Shown here: in pieces, positions 54,828 to 64,000 of the stretch
How positions within the stretch are numbered: the first letter of the stretch is position 1
Layout: every line of letters begins with the position of its first letter
Assembly: GCA_004195615.1 (NCBI GenBank)
Contig: PSPW01000002.1
Coordinates: 58,045 to 122,044 of the forward strand
Direction of reading: 5' to 3'
Source: Methanobacteriota archaeon
Lineage (GTDB): Archaea; Thermoplasmatota; Poseidoniia; Poseidoniales; Thalassarchaeaceae
Length of the DNA: 64,000 nt
The notes under the pieces: generated by a model
What the model was told of the DNA's origin: nothing
The model's input: only the letters and a program-made list of their open reading frames with translations
Databases searched by the model: none
Made by a program: the position numbers and the translations under genes

Positions 54828-56978
54828 ATGAGAATCATGCGGAGTCAGTCATCCTCTTTCGAAATCGCACGAATAGTGCGAGAGATGTCAGACATGGTCG
54901 GTGCGAGAGTCAGGAAGGCATACCAACCGCACTACGAACAGATAGTTCTGAGGCTGAACAGGAAGGGGGAGCCATCGACTGATCTAGTGATCGTGAGGGG
55001 TCTGAGAGCATACGCATCGAACAGAGATAGACCGATGCCGACCCAGCCCTCACAGTTCGCAATGATACTGAGAAAGCACCTCAACAACTCCAGGTTGATC
55101 GGAGTCGAGCAATTCGGGTTCGATAGGGTGATTCGTTTGGAATTCGAGCATGGTAGGGGTCGGCTAAGCCTTGTGATCGAGTTGTTCCGAGATGGTAACG
55201 TCCTTCTTCTGGATCAGGATGGAGTTATCATCCGGCCGCTTACACATGCCAAGTACGCCAGTCGTTCACTGAAGAATGGGGAGATATACTCGCCTCCTCC
55301 AGAGGCAGTGGATCCTAGGAATCTGAATAGAGTCTCTCTGGACGAGATCCTAAATGGGAGTGACCACGCTCTAATCAGGACCCTGGCCTCAAGGGCGAAT
55401 CTTGGTAGAGTCTATGGCAGTACGGCATGCTCAATCTCCGGCATAGATGAGGAAACGCAAGCCAATTCACTTTCCGTTGAGCAGAGGAACTCCCTCGAGG
55501 GTGCTCTGACGGAGATGCTAGGTAGTCTCGATGGGGGAGAGGGGGGCAACATCTGGCTTTCTGATGCAGAATCCAAGGCCTCTTGGGTGGATTCCGACAA
55601 TGAATCGGAAAGAGACTTGGCGGCGGCTGGAATCGTCGAGTTCTCTCCAATTAGCCTGCCATCGATGAACGAAGAAATGAGAGTGAGCGTCGGTAGCCTC
55701 TCTCATGCCTACGATTTCATCTTCGGTTCTCACGATGCTGCAGCATTCATCCGAAGGGAAGAGGAGAAATTGATTGAGACCGGTGAACGCGCGGAGGACG
55801 AAAGTTCGAAGTTGTCAAGGAGAGCATCCCAGCAGGAGAAAGCGATAGAGAGATTCAATCAGAGAGCGGTAATCACCCAGGAGCTTGGCAAGTCTATTCA
55901 AGACAATTGGGAGCATGTTGATTCAATATTGTCCCAGCTTAGTGCGGCAGTAGAAAAGAGAGGATGGCAAGATATTGCTGACATTGTTCATGAGGTGATG
56001 TGGGTAGACAGTGTGAATCCGTCGAAGCATACCGTTGTTGCATTTCTTCCAGATGAGGATGGGGAGCCGGGAGCAAGTGTCACTCTGGAGGTCTCCAAGA
56101 CAGTGCATCAGAATGCCCAGAGGTACTTCGAAGAGGCTCGAACCCAGAAGAACAAGGCAAAGGGCGCGCAAGCGGCACTGGAGAAGACCGAGGGATCCAG
56201 GAAGACCTCTGAGAAGAAGGCTGCCAAGGAGGCAGCATTGGGAAGGCTCAAAGGAAGGAAGAGAGCGAGGAGATTCTGGTTCGAGAAGTATCGTTGGGCA
56301 ATATTATCGGGAGGTCATCTGCTAATTGGGGGAAAAGACGCCAAAGGGAACGACGTGTTGGTCAGGAAGCACCTTTCGACCAATGACCTGTACTTCCATG
56401 CTGACCTGCACGGTGCACCCTCATGCTCTCTGAAACTCAAAGACGGCCTAGTTCCCAGTAATTCGCAGCAGGGAGTAATCCCCGAAGGTGTGACATCCCT
56501 ACAGATTTCCCAGACCCTGGGAGAGGGGTTGGAAGATGCCCGTGAATTGGACGAATCGGTAATCTCTGAAGCAGCCCAGATGTCTGTATGCTGGTCGAGG
56601 GCTTGGGGCAGTGGTGGTGCTGCAGCAACCGCTTTCCATGCCAGATCAAGCCAAGTTTCCAAGACCACAGAGACAGGGGAGTCCCTAGCCAGAGGATCAT
56701 TCGTCGTTAGAGGAGAGAGGAGTTGGCATCGGGATACTCCTCTGGAGATTGCAATCGGATTGGCGGTGGTCAATGGTGTGCCATTGCCCGTCTCTGGAGT
56801 CCCCAAGGTAATCTCAGAGATGTGCCAGAGATGGGCGAAGATGGTCCCGGGCAGGGAGAAGAAGGACAGCGTCGCAAACAGGATCTCGAAGTCCACGGGA
56901 CTCGCACAGGAGGACGTGCTTTCCTGCCTCCCTCCAGGTGGGTGCTCAATAGATGATCACGGACTAATTCAGCCCTGA
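54828..56978 (+). CDS. NFACT-family protein (archaeal Rqc2/FbpA homologue; NFACT-N, coiled coil, NFACT-R)
   Basis: N-terminal block IVRLEFEHGRGRLSLVIELFRDGNVLLLD typical of NFACT-N. Central coiled-coil region. C-terminal NFACT-R-like block (ILSGGHLLIGGKDAKGNDVLVRKHLSTNDLYFHADLHGAPS). Confidence 0.85.
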   Translation: MRIMRSQSSSFEIARIVREMSDMVGARVRKAYQPHYEQIVLRLNRKGEPSTDLVIVRGLRAYASNRDRPMPTQPSQFAMILRKHLNNSRLIGVEQFGFDRVIRLEFEHGRGRLSLVIELFRDGNVLLLDQDGVIIRPLTHAKYASRSLKNGEIYSPPPEAVDPRNLNRVSLDEILNGSDHALIRTLASRANLGRVYGSTACSISGIDEETQANSLSVEQRNSLEGALTEMLGSLDGGEGGNIWLSDAESKASWVDSDNESERDLAAAGIVEFSPISLPSMNEEMRVSVGSLSHAYDFIFGSHDAAAFIRREEEKLIETGERAEDESSKLSRRASQQEKAIERFNQRAVITQELGKSIQDNWEHVDSILSQLSAAVEKRGWQDIADIVHEVMWVDSVNPSKHTVVAFLPDEDGEPGASVTLEVSKTVHQNAQRYFEEARTQKNKAKGAQAALEKTEGSRKTSEKKAAKEAALGRLKGRKRARRFWFEKYRWAILSGGHLLIGGKDAKGNDVLVRKHLSTNDLYFHADLHGAPSCSLKLKDGLVPSNSQQGVIPEGVTSLQISQTLGEGLEDARELDESVISEAAQMSVCWSRAWGSGGAAATAFHARSSQVSKTTETGESLARGSFVVRGERSWHRDTPLEIAIGLAVVNGVPLPVSGVPKVISEMCQRWAKMVPGREKKDSVANRISKSTGLAQEDVLSCLPPGGCSIDDHGLIQP

Positions 56979-57547
56979 TCTCGTGACTTCCACTCCGGGG
57001 CAGTGATTGCATAGAGAGTATGGTCGGTGAAGTGATCATACAACCACTCCCTGTCCCTTGAGATGCCCTCCATCCTCATCCCCAGCCTCTCTGCAACGGC
57101 GCGGCTTGGGTGGTTCTCGACTGCTGCCTCGATCACTGCCCTGTGGAGCTTCAGATCATCGAAGCAGTGATCAATTAGTCTGGAGCAAGCCTTGGTGATT
57201 ATCCCCTGACCGGTAGATGACTGTGAGACCCAGTACCCCAATCCAAAGCTCCTGTTGTGTTGATCCACCCAGTTCAAACCTACCACTCCCACCAGATTCC
57301 CGAATTGTCTAATTATGTAGAAGGCGAAGGCAGGACCATTCTTCTCCGAGAGGGATCTGATGAGAGCGAGTTCGTCATCCACTGATTTGACGTCATCCAA
57401 CCAAGGGAGCCACTCCCTCAGATATGCTCTATTCTCATCGACTATGATGAACAGCTCCTCCGCATCTCTCTCCACTGGTTCTACAATTTCCAATCCTTCC
57501 TCCACTAGCAGTGATTTTGCTGGTTCGGGATGAGTCGGGTCGAGCAT
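56969..57547 (-). CDS. GNAT-family N-acetyltransferase (RimJ/RimL-like)
   Basis: GNAT motif A region (GLGYWVSQSSTGQGIITKA). Track ORF extends to 57652, but ATG at 57547 gives a typical 192-aa size and avoids overlap with the divergent TDO gene. Convergent 10-nt overlap with the NFACT stop. Confidence 0.8.
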   Translation of the reverse strand: MLDPTHPEPAKSLLVEEGLEIVEPVERDAEELFIIVDENRAYLREWLPWLDDVKSVDDELALIRSLSEKNGPAFAFYIIRQFGNLVGVVGLNWVDQHNRSFGLGYWVSQSSTGQGIITKACSRLIDHCFDDLKLHRAVIEAAVENHPSRAVAERLGMRMEGISRDREWLYDHFTDHTLYAITAPEWKSRDQG

Positions 57548-57626
57548 CGAATTAGCCACTAATTGGCCAGCAATAGTAGTTATTGTTCGGCGACAACGCT
57601 TCAAGTGGGCTGCCTCATGCGAGGCT

Positions 57627-58709
57627 GTGGGCAGAAGCGGGGAGTCTGGCAACTGGACCTATGGAGATTATCTGAGTCTCCACGAATTATTGGATTTGCA
57701 AGGTGATGAAAGGGGCGTTTCTTCCGACGAGATGCACTTCATCATAGTCCATCAGACATTTGAGTTGTGGTTCAAGCAGATCATTCGGGAGCTATCCGAA
57801 ACAAGAGAGATTCTTGCACAGGTACCAGTTCCCGAAGATGATATTCCTCGAGCTGTAGATCATTTGGCAAGGACGACTGAGATATTCCGATTGATGGCAA
57901 ACCAGTGGACAGTCCTAGAGACGCTCACTCCACAAGGATTCCTTGCATTCAGGGATGGCTTGGGTACTGCCTCGGGCTTCGAATCTTTCCAAATGCGTGA
58001 GTTCGAGTTTCTACTCGGGTTAAAGACAGAAGATCGAATGTTTGGAATGGACCCGATCGAGACATTCAGGAAGCTGGCCGAGAGAGGAGAGAAAGACAGT
58101 GAGGTCTTAGCCAGGCTAGAGGCCCAGCAAGAGAATGTGTCTCTCTATGACTCATTTATGAGATGGATAGAGAGAACTCCAATAATGGGCTCAAGCTTCG
58201 AGAGTGAGGGCGACGAGTCAGTAGTTAGGGATTATGTGAACTCACACTTAGAGGCACATCTCCAAATGGGTAACGAAGCACTGGAGAGAATGTCTGAGGT
58301 GGCTGAAGAAGTCACAAGTCGGATGAAGGAAAGGTTGGATTCTGCACAAGACTCTGCGATCTCATTCCTTGTTCCCGATGGAGAGGTTAGTCGGGGTCGT
58401 GCCGGCCTCCTATTCATCGAATCATACCGTGACTTACCGCTTCTAACATGGCCGAGGAAACTGGTTGATGCATTCGTTGAGCTCGAGGAATCTATGGCGA
58501 AATGGAGGCATGATCATGCGCGGATGGTCGAGAGGATAATTGGAAAGAGAACTGGGACGGGGGGAACAAGTGGCGTGGACTATCTAGATGCCACTGCAAG
58601 ATATCGGATTTTCAAGGACCTGTGGGAAGTTAGGACAATCCTAGTAAAGCCGCAGAATAGGCCAGATTTGCTTAATGCGGATTTTTACGGGTACACCGTA
58701 GATTCGTGA
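57627..58709 (+). CDS. Tryptophan 2,3-dioxygenase (TDO/KynA family)
   Basis: N-terminal signature YGDYLSLHELLDLQ...SDEMHFIIVHQTFELWFKQ matches the TDO motif. GTG start. Confidence 0.8.
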   Translation: MGRSGESGNWTYGDYLSLHELLDLQGDERGVSSDEMHFIIVHQTFELWFKQIIRELSETREILAQVPVPEDDIPRAVDHLARTTEIFRLMANQWTVLETLTPQGFLAFRDGLGTASGFESFQMREFEFLLGLKTEDRMFGMDPIETFRKLAERGEKDSEVLARLEAQQENVSLYDSFMRWIERTPIMGSSFESEGDESVVRDYVNSHLEAHLQMGNEALERMSEVAEEVTSRMKERLDSAQDSAISFLVPDGEVSRGRAGLLFIESYRDLPLLTWPRKLVDAFVELEESMAKWRHDHARMVERIIGKRTGTGGTSGVDYLDATARYRIFKDLWEVRTILVKPQNRPDLLNADFYGYTVDS

Positions 58710-58766
58710 ATAGTGTACTTGCGATGGCATCGTGTCATTGAAGGCTAGGTCGCCAGTCGAGCGAGC

Positions 58767-59927
58767 ATGCCTGTTCCAGTCATCTGTGCTTATGCTCGAA
58801 CTCCAGTTGGCAAGTTCAGAGGTTCTCTTTCTGATTACAGCGCGGTTGATCTTGGTATCCTTACCGTGAAGGAACTCTTGGAACGGGTGGGTATCGACCC
58901 AGGAATGGGACTGATTGACCAAGTGTACATGGGACAAGTCCTCCAAACAGGTTGTGGTCAGGCTCCAGCTCGACAAGTTGCGATTGGAGCCGGCATGCCA
59001 GTAACCACTCCCTGCACCACCATCAACAAAGTATGCGGATCTAGTCTAAAGGCGGCAATGATTGCTGCGACAGAAATCAGGGCAGGAGTCGCCAGAGTTG
59101 TGGTAGCAGGGGGGATGGAATCGATGAGTAACGCTCCGCACATAGCAAGGAATGTCAAGAAAGGAGAAGAAGTTCTTTTCACGTCTCTTGAGTCAGTATT
59201 GATGGAAGACGGATTGAAGGATGCTTTCTCGGGAGAATCAATGGGTAATACTGGTGATACGGTTGCAGAGGAGCACGGAATTAGCAGAGAGGATTCAGAC
59301 AGGTTCTCTGTACGCTCGCATACACTGGCGAACAACGCTTGGGAAGAAGGCTGGATTGACAAAGAGGTTTTTCCAGTTGGCTCACTAATGAGAGACGAGG
59401 GAATTCGACCAGAGACAAACGAAGAAACTCTTTCTGGACTCAGGACCGTCTTCTCGGAGGAAGGCAAAGTCACTGCAGGAAATTCCAGCCAAGTTTCTGA
59501 TGGGGCCTCTGCTGTTCTGATCGCTTCAGAAGAGGCGGCTAAGGAGTTTGGATTGCCAGTATTAGCTAGGATTGTGGGATACACAACCTCTGGAGTTGAG
59601 GCAAGCAGGGTAATGTCTGCGCCAATTCCAACAGTGAAAAAGCTCCTAAGGATTACGGGAAGGACAATTGATGAGGTTGACATTGTGGAGCACAATGAGG
59701 CCTTCGCCGCTGCGTCTTGTGCCATCAAGGGATCATTAGGAATTTCGGAGGAATCTTTCAACCCCCATGGTGGCGCCATAGCAATCGGCCACCCCCTCGG
59801 AGCAACAGGAACTAGGTGTCTGATGACTCTGGTAAATGCAATGAATCGAACTGAGAGGAAAAGGGGTATTGTTACCGTTTGTCTGGGTGGAGGGAACGCT
59901 GTAGCCATGATGGTTGAGTCCCCATAG
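58767..59927 (+). CDS. Acetyl-CoA C-acetyltransferase (thiolase II, bacterial type)
   Basis: Active-site Cys block NKVCGSSLKA, C-terminal His/Cys blocks (GHPLGATG, CLGGGNAVAMMVE). Confidence 0.9.
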   Translation: MPVPVICAYARTPVGKFRGSLSDYSAVDLGILTVKELLERVGIDPGMGLIDQVYMGQVLQTGCGQAPARQVAIGAGMPVTTPCTTINKVCGSSLKAAMIAATEIRAGVARVVVAGGMESMSNAPHIARNVKKGEEVLFTSLESVLMEDGLKDAFSGESMGNTGDTVAEEHGISREDSDRFSVRSHTLANNAWEEGWIDKEVFPVGSLMRDEGIRPETNEETLSGLRTVFSEEGKVTAGNSSQVSDGASAVLIASEEAAKEFGLPVLARIVGYTTSGVEASRVMSAPIPTVKKLLRITGRTIDEVDIVEHNEAFAAASCAIKGSLGISEESFNPHGGAIAIGHPLGATGTRCLMTLVNAMNRTERKRGIVTVCLGGGNAVAMMVESP

Positions 59928-59991
59928 CCATCCAATCAATATCGGGACGGAGTCATAGACCTTATTTGGGGGTCTCCGGTCGACCGCCCCG

Positions 59992-60252
59992 ATGGTTAAG
60001 CCAGCACGTGCCCACACACGCTTCGAAAAGGCCAGAATAATCGGTGCCAGAGCGCTTCAGATTAGTATGGGAGCACCGCTCTTCGTTACTGAGGAAGAAC
60101 TGCGCGATAAGTACAGCAGCGAGTTAATTCAACTCTATGGCGTCGAAGACGCAAAAGAGAAGGTCGTACTTGATCCGATGAAGATAGCGTCTCTGGAGTA
60201 CGAGCAGAATAAGATTCCAATCGATATCGACCCGCACCTCAAGGAAGAGTGA
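59992..60252 (+). CDS. rpoK: DNA-directed RNA polymerase subunit K (Rpb6/omega homologue) with C-terminal extension
   Basis: [21 protein letters not shown] core motif. 86 aa versus about 55-60 typical. Confidence 0.85.
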   Translation: MVKPARAHTRFEKARIIGARALQISMGAPLFVTEEELRDKYSSELIQLYGVEDAKEKVVLDPMKIASLEYEQNKIPIDIDPHLKEE

Positions 60253-60285
60253 AGCGTTACAGCCCCTTACAGGGAGCGATAGTAT

Positions 60286-61326
60286 TTGACTGAATGGAAG
60301 GTTTCGAAGAGTCTGACGGCGTGGCTGTTGGGACTGACAATTGTCGTGATTGTTTTAGGAGGGCTGATTCGCATCTATGACGCAGGGGAGTCGTGTCCAG
60401 ATTGGCCGTTGTGTTTCGGAACATTGGGTTTCGATGTCTCTGAGGAAGAGCAAGAGGCTTGGTGGGCTGAGAATCCCGATGAAGTTGACTCGCGTGGTTC
60501 TGGGCACAGATATTCAACATTCCAGATATTTACGGAATGGTTCCACCGATTCCTCGCTGGAGCATTTCTTGGTCCACTCGTTCTTGTGAACTGGTATTTG
60601 CTAAGAAAAAAAGAAGATCCTGGCAAGGAAGTCAGATTCGCATCTACTTTGACAGTAATTCTAATCATCTGGCAGGGTGCAATTGGGTGGTTGACAGTTG
60701 AGATGGATAACTTACACTGGAGTGTTGCACTCCATCTAAGCTCTGCATTAGCATTCACAATTAGCATGTTTTGGCTATGGTTAACTATCACTATGGTGGA
60801 AGGGAGGATCCCTAGTTGGATGAAGATTGAACACGGAATCTCGAGGAGATGGAGGGGACGAGTGACTTGGTTGTCCATTGGAGCATTCGTCTCAATCTTC
60901 TCTGGCACGTTTGTGTCCACTACTCCCGGTGCCAATCTTGGATGCGGCGTGGATGGCATACCCGATTCATGGCCTCTGTGTGGAGGGGATCTAATGGGTT
61001 CGGTGGAAGACCTAATGTTACAATCGCAATTTATCCACAGATGGTTAGTTGGCCTAATGCTGATCTCCATGGGTGCTGCCTCCTACTTCATCTGGAAAGA
61101 AGGAAAAGAGAATTCCAAACACACCCTGAGGAATTGGATATGGTTTGCAACTGGAATTTTTGCCATTAATGCTTCAATTGGAGCGATTTACGTCATCTCT
61201 TGGGACATGGAAGAAGGGTTCTTTGAATTCCTCTCATTGGTTCATCTTGTGCTCGCTTCCTTTACTTTCCTAACCATGGCGGCAGCCTGGATTGGATGTG
61301 TTATTTCTACGGAGGAAGTGGCATGA
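60286..61326 (+). CDS. ctaA: Heme A synthase (CtaA/Cox15 family)
   Basis: CPDWPLC and second Cys pair (CGVDGIPDSWPLCG), multi-TM. TTG start at 60286 preceded by AGGGAG; start uncertain. Confidence 0.8.
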   Translation: MTEWKVSKSLTAWLLGLTIVVIVLGGLIRIYDAGESCPDWPLCFGTLGFDVSEEEQEAWWAENPDEVDSRGSGHRYSTFQIFTEWFHRFLAGAFLGPLVLVNWYLLRKKEDPGKEVRFASTLTVILIIWQGAIGWLTVEMDNLHWSVALHLSSALAFTISMFWLWLTITMVEGRIPSWMKIEHGISRRWRGRVTWLSIGAFVSIFSGTFVSTTPGANLGCGVDGIPDSWPLCGGDLMGSVEDLMLQSQFIHRWLVGLMLISMGAASYFIWKEGKENSKHTLRNWIWFATGIFAINASIGAIYVISWDMEEGFFEFLSLVHLVLASFTFLTMAAAWIGCVISTEEVA

Positions 61327-62366
61327 TTCCATCTTTCATAGCAGACTACTTCTCATTGACAAAGCCAAGAGTGGTAATTCTTCTCCAAATTACTGCAATA
61401 TGTGCAGTGATTGTTCATGACTCCCTCGAGGGGACAACTTTCGAAGAGTCGATTGAAACCATACTATTGGTGCTGATTGGAGGTTATCTCACTGCGGGCG
61501 GGGCTAACGCGATCAATATGTGGTACGACAGGGACATCGATCCAAAGATGAGTCGTACAGCGGGTAGAGCAATTCCCTCAGGAAGAATTGATCCTGTACC
61601 AGCTTTAGTTTTCGGAATCTCAATTTCCATCTTGGGAGTAATATGGTTCTATGTTATGACCAATGAGGTTGCAGCCTTCTGGTCAGCATTCAGCATTCTA
61701 TTCTACGTCCTAATTTACAGCATGTGGCTGAAGAGAAGCACTCCTCAGAACATTGTTATTGGTGGGATTGCGGGTTCTACCCCTCCAGTAATCGGATGGG
61801 CGGCTAGCGTAGAAGGCCTCTCCATATCCAATCATTCCTTGAAAGCGTCATTAGAATCTGTAATCGATCTTGGAAGTCCGATGCCATGGTTCATGTTCAC
61901 TCTTATTTTCCTCTGGACTCCTCCACACTTCTGGGCTCTTGCCCTTTACAGGTCTGAAGAATACGCGAAAGTTGGTGTCCCCATGTTGCCCAACGTCAAA
62001 GGTCCAGAACGAACAATTATCGAGATGAAGGTGTACTCAATTCTGTTAATCATACTTTCATTCGTCGCACCGATATCATTTGGAGAAATTGAAGTAGACG
62101 AGTGGGTTTACCGTGTTCTCAGTTGGACAATACTGGGGCTAAGTGTTTGGTACGCTTCCACCGTATGGAGAATCGATATTTCGGAAGAGCCAGACGAAAC
62201 TGGAAGAATTTCCAGTGCAGCAAGTTCGTTCTTTGCTTCGATGCTATATCTTGCACTAATATTCGTTGTTCTGGTTACCGGTAGTTTTGGACAAATAGGG
62301 GTTACGATTGGGGCGATAATTGCTATCGCTTTCATTGGTAGGACTGAGTTCAGAGTGAGTTCATAG
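61323..62366 (+). CDS. ctaB: Protoheme IX farnesyltransferase (heme O synthase, UbiA family) with extra C-terminal TM helices
   Basis: UbiA motifs NMWYDRDIDPKMSRTAGRAIPSGRI. ATG at 61323 after GGAGGAAG, with ATGA overlap with the ctaA stop (track start 61296 rejected). Confidence 0.9.
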   Translation: MIPSFIADYFSLTKPRVVILLQITAICAVIVHDSLEGTTFEESIETILLVLIGGYLTAGGANAINMWYDRDIDPKMSRTAGRAIPSGRIDPVPALVFGISISILGVIWFYVMTNEVAAFWSAFSILFYVLIYSMWLKRSTPQNIVIGGIAGSTPPVIGWAASVEGLSISNHSLKASLESVIDLGSPMPWFMFTLIFLWTPPHFWALALYRSEEYAKVGVPMLPNVKGPERTIIEMKVYSILLIILSFVAPISFGEIEVDEWVYRVLSWTILGLSVWYASTVWRIDISEEPDETGRISSAASSFFASMLYLALIFVVLVTGSFGQIGVTIGAIIAIAFIGRTEFRVSS

Positions 62367-62418
62367 TTCCCGATGGCTTCAAACACCTAGCGGACCATGG
62401 GAGTACAAGGATGAGACA

Positions 62419-63675
62419 GTGAAAGAGCATGACCTAATTTATGACTGGAATGCTATCGACTACTCCATCGAAAGAGAGGAGTCGAATCATCCGCATGAGT
62501 TGTGGTTTGACGATGAAACTCTCAGAGACGGATTGCAGAGTCCAAGTGCAAGAAATCCCACTATTGAACAGAAGATAGAACTGATCGACTACATGGAGAG
62601 ACTTGGGGTTCAGAAGGTAGACCTAGGGCTTCCCGGGGCTGGCCCATTTCATGTTGATCACATAGATGCGATGCTTGAGCATATGGGAGATAGTGGATAC
62701 AGTCTGAGACCTGGATGCGCGGTCAGGACTGTGGTCTCCGACATTGAACCACTCGTTGACTTGCAAGCAAAACATGAGAGGCAGATTCAGGCCAGCGCCT
62801 TTCTCGGAACGAGTCCGATTAGGCAGTTTGCTGAGGGGTGGACTATGGACAGGATTATCTCTACTGCGGAAAAGGCAGTCACCTTCGCTGTTGACAACGA
62901 CATCCCGGTGATGTTTGTCACAGAAGATACGACAAGGAGTAAGCCAGAAGAAATTAAGGAGATCTACTCTAGAGCCATCGAATTAGGAGCAGACAGAATT
63001 TGCGTTTGTGACACCTGTGGCCATGTAACTCCAAATGGTGTCAGAAAGCTTCTGGGATTCATACAGGATGAAGTTATTCCTGACTCAGGAGTCAATAGGA
63101 GGGACATCGAGGTAAACTGGCACGGCCACCAAGACAGGGGTTTGGGTGTCGCAAACAACCTAGCCGCTTACGAGGCAGGGGCCGATGTCATCCATGGAAC
63201 GGCTCTGGGGGTGGGGGAAAGGGCCGGGAACGCCCCCCTAGACCAGACTCTGGTTAATCTGAGTCTAATGGGGGTAATCAAGAATGATCTAACGGCGCTC
63301 AACGAATACACGAGGAAAGTGCACGAGTACGTCGAAGTTGCGCTACCTCACAACTATCCAGTATTCGGAGAGGATGCCTTCGAAACCGGGACAGGAGTTC
63401 ACGCATCGGCAGTGATCAAGGCAATGAACAAGGGTGACAACTGGCTTGCCGATCGAGTTTACTCTGGGGTCCCTGCTGGTGACTTCGGCCTTCAACAGGT
63501 CATTAGAATAGGTCACATGAGTGGTCGCTCAAATATAATTCACTGGCTAGAGAATAATGGCTACGAAGCAGAGGATGATTTGGTTGCACATATGTTCGAA
63601 GTTGCGAAGAGTCAGAGAAAAATGATGTTAGATGAGGAAGTCCACTCTGTAATATCCGAGTTCAGAGGATCTTAG
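62419..63675 (+). CDS. LeuA/homocitrate synthase/citramalate synthase family (DRE-TIM metallolyase), short form without LeuA regulatory domain
   Basis: ETLRDGLQS substrate motif and HGHQDRGLGVANNLAAYEAGADVIHGTALGVGERAGNAPL metal-binding block. 418 aa. GTG start. Confidence 0.8.
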   Translation: MKEHDLIYDWNAIDYSIEREESNHPHELWFDDETLRDGLQSPSARNPTIEQKIELIDYMERLGVQKVDLGLPGAGPFHVDHIDAMLEHMGDSGYSLRPGCAVRTVVSDIEPLVDLQAKHERQIQASAFLGTSPIRQFAEGWTMDRIISTAEKAVTFAVDNDIPVMFVTEDTTRSKPEEIKEIYSRAIELGADRICVCDTCGHVTPNGVRKLLGFIQDEVIPDSGVNRRDIEVNWHGHQDRGLGVANNLAAYEAGADVIHGTALGVGERAGNAPLDQTLVNLSLMGVIKNDLTALNEYTRKVHEYVEVALPHNYPVFGEDAFETGTGVHASAVIKAMNKGDNWLADRVYSGVPAGDFGLQQVIRIGHMSGRSNIIHWLENNGYEAEDDLVAHMFEVAKSQRKMMLDEEVHSVISEFRGS

Positions 63676-63828
63676 AATGTTCATTCGGTCTTTCAATGGG
63701 TTTTGAATTGCAATTATTATCTATATCGTAAGTAAGGGAAAAATATCCTCTTGGTACGTAGTGGAATCTTGATAATCAATTAGCAACGAAACCGAACGGC
63801 TATATTCTTCAGTTTTACGAGACAAAAT

Positions 63829-64000
63829 ATGAGAGTAGCCGTATTGGTTCTTGGAATTCTATTTTTTGCTCCACTGGGCCAAGTTTTAGCAGAGGTTGAG
63901 ACTGTTGATTCTGAGCCTCTTGTGTCAAAAGATATGATGCAAACCTATTCCAGAACAGTTCAGATAGCCTTCGATAGAGTTTCTGACATCGAGTCATACG
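63829..64000 (+). CDS. 5' part of a secreted protein gene continuing beyond the window
   Basis: Own translation from ATG 63829: MRVAVLVLGILFFAPLGQVLAEVETVDSEPLVSK..., open to the window end. Signal-peptide-like, preceded by an AT-rich 150-nt intergenic region. Confidence 0.4.
   Translation, partial: MRVAVLVLGILFFAPLGQVLAEVETVDSEPLVSKDMMQTYSRTVQIAFDRVSDIESY

Noticed and set aside
63815-63997. 60-aa minus-strand ORF at the right edge
   Set aside because: Overlaps the better-supported plus-strand signal-peptide ORF starting at 63829. No start context.

Overview
The window is a gene-dense (about 90% coding) stretch of an archaeal chromosome. The archaeal assignment rests on archaeal-type shikimate genes (ADH synthase and type II dehydroquinate synthase, GHMP-type shikimate kinase), RpoK, Gar1, an NFACT/Rqc2 homologue and tRNAs with encoded CCA. 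The content suggests a marine aerobic heterotrophic euryarchaeon (Marine Group II/Poseidoniales-like). Supporting content: giant surface proteins, bacterial-type gpsA, heme A synthesis genes, korAB and a phosphonate ABC transporter. This placement is an inference. No transposases, integrases, CRISPR arrays or rRNA genes were seen.

Gene order, left to right:
- A three-subunit xanthine-dehydrogenase-family molybdoenzyme, followed by a translationally coupled secreted CARDB-like protein.
- A DUF4350-like, MoxR AAA+, DUF58 and membrane-protein module.
- A convergent archaeal shikimate cluster (aroC, aroK, aroB', aroA'), then exonuclease III.
- A MacB/FtsX-type ABC exporter with a 706-aa polytopic protein, divergent from a roughly 2,200-aa S8-subtilisin/RCC1/Cys-rich/Ca-binding-repeat surface protein.
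- Two tandem identical tRNA-Leu(TAG) genes.
- gpsA, flavodoxin and phnDCE.
- A 670-aa surface protein.
- Gar1 with a repeat-built RGG tail, then a TPR/TM protein.
- A 2,254-aa FG-GAP-like surface protein on the minus strand and a small acidic protein.
- Aconitase, a membrane-anchored cyclophilin, korAB and tRNA-Gln(CTG).
- An aldo/keto reductase, a Nudix-MBL fusion and a retropepsin-like protease with TM segments and a (GGRRSS)n tail.
- An alpha/beta hydrolase, NFACT/Rqc2, a GNAT acetyltransferase, tryptophan 2,3-dioxygenase and thiolase.
- rpoK, ctaA, ctaB and a LeuA/homocitrate-synthase-family enzyme.

Many ORF-track starts are GTG/TTG codons shown as M, so several starts were moved to the nearest plausible ATG.

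The candidates I rate most worth follow-up are:
- the Gar1 gene with a eukaryote-like GAR tail built from perfect 63-bp repeats;
- the retropepsin-TM-RS-tail protein;
- the 4-hydroxybenzoyl-CoA-reductase-like molybdoenzyme;
- the MacB-exporter / giant-protease divergent unit;
- the Nudix-MBL fusion;
- an archaeal tryptophan 2,3-dioxygenase.
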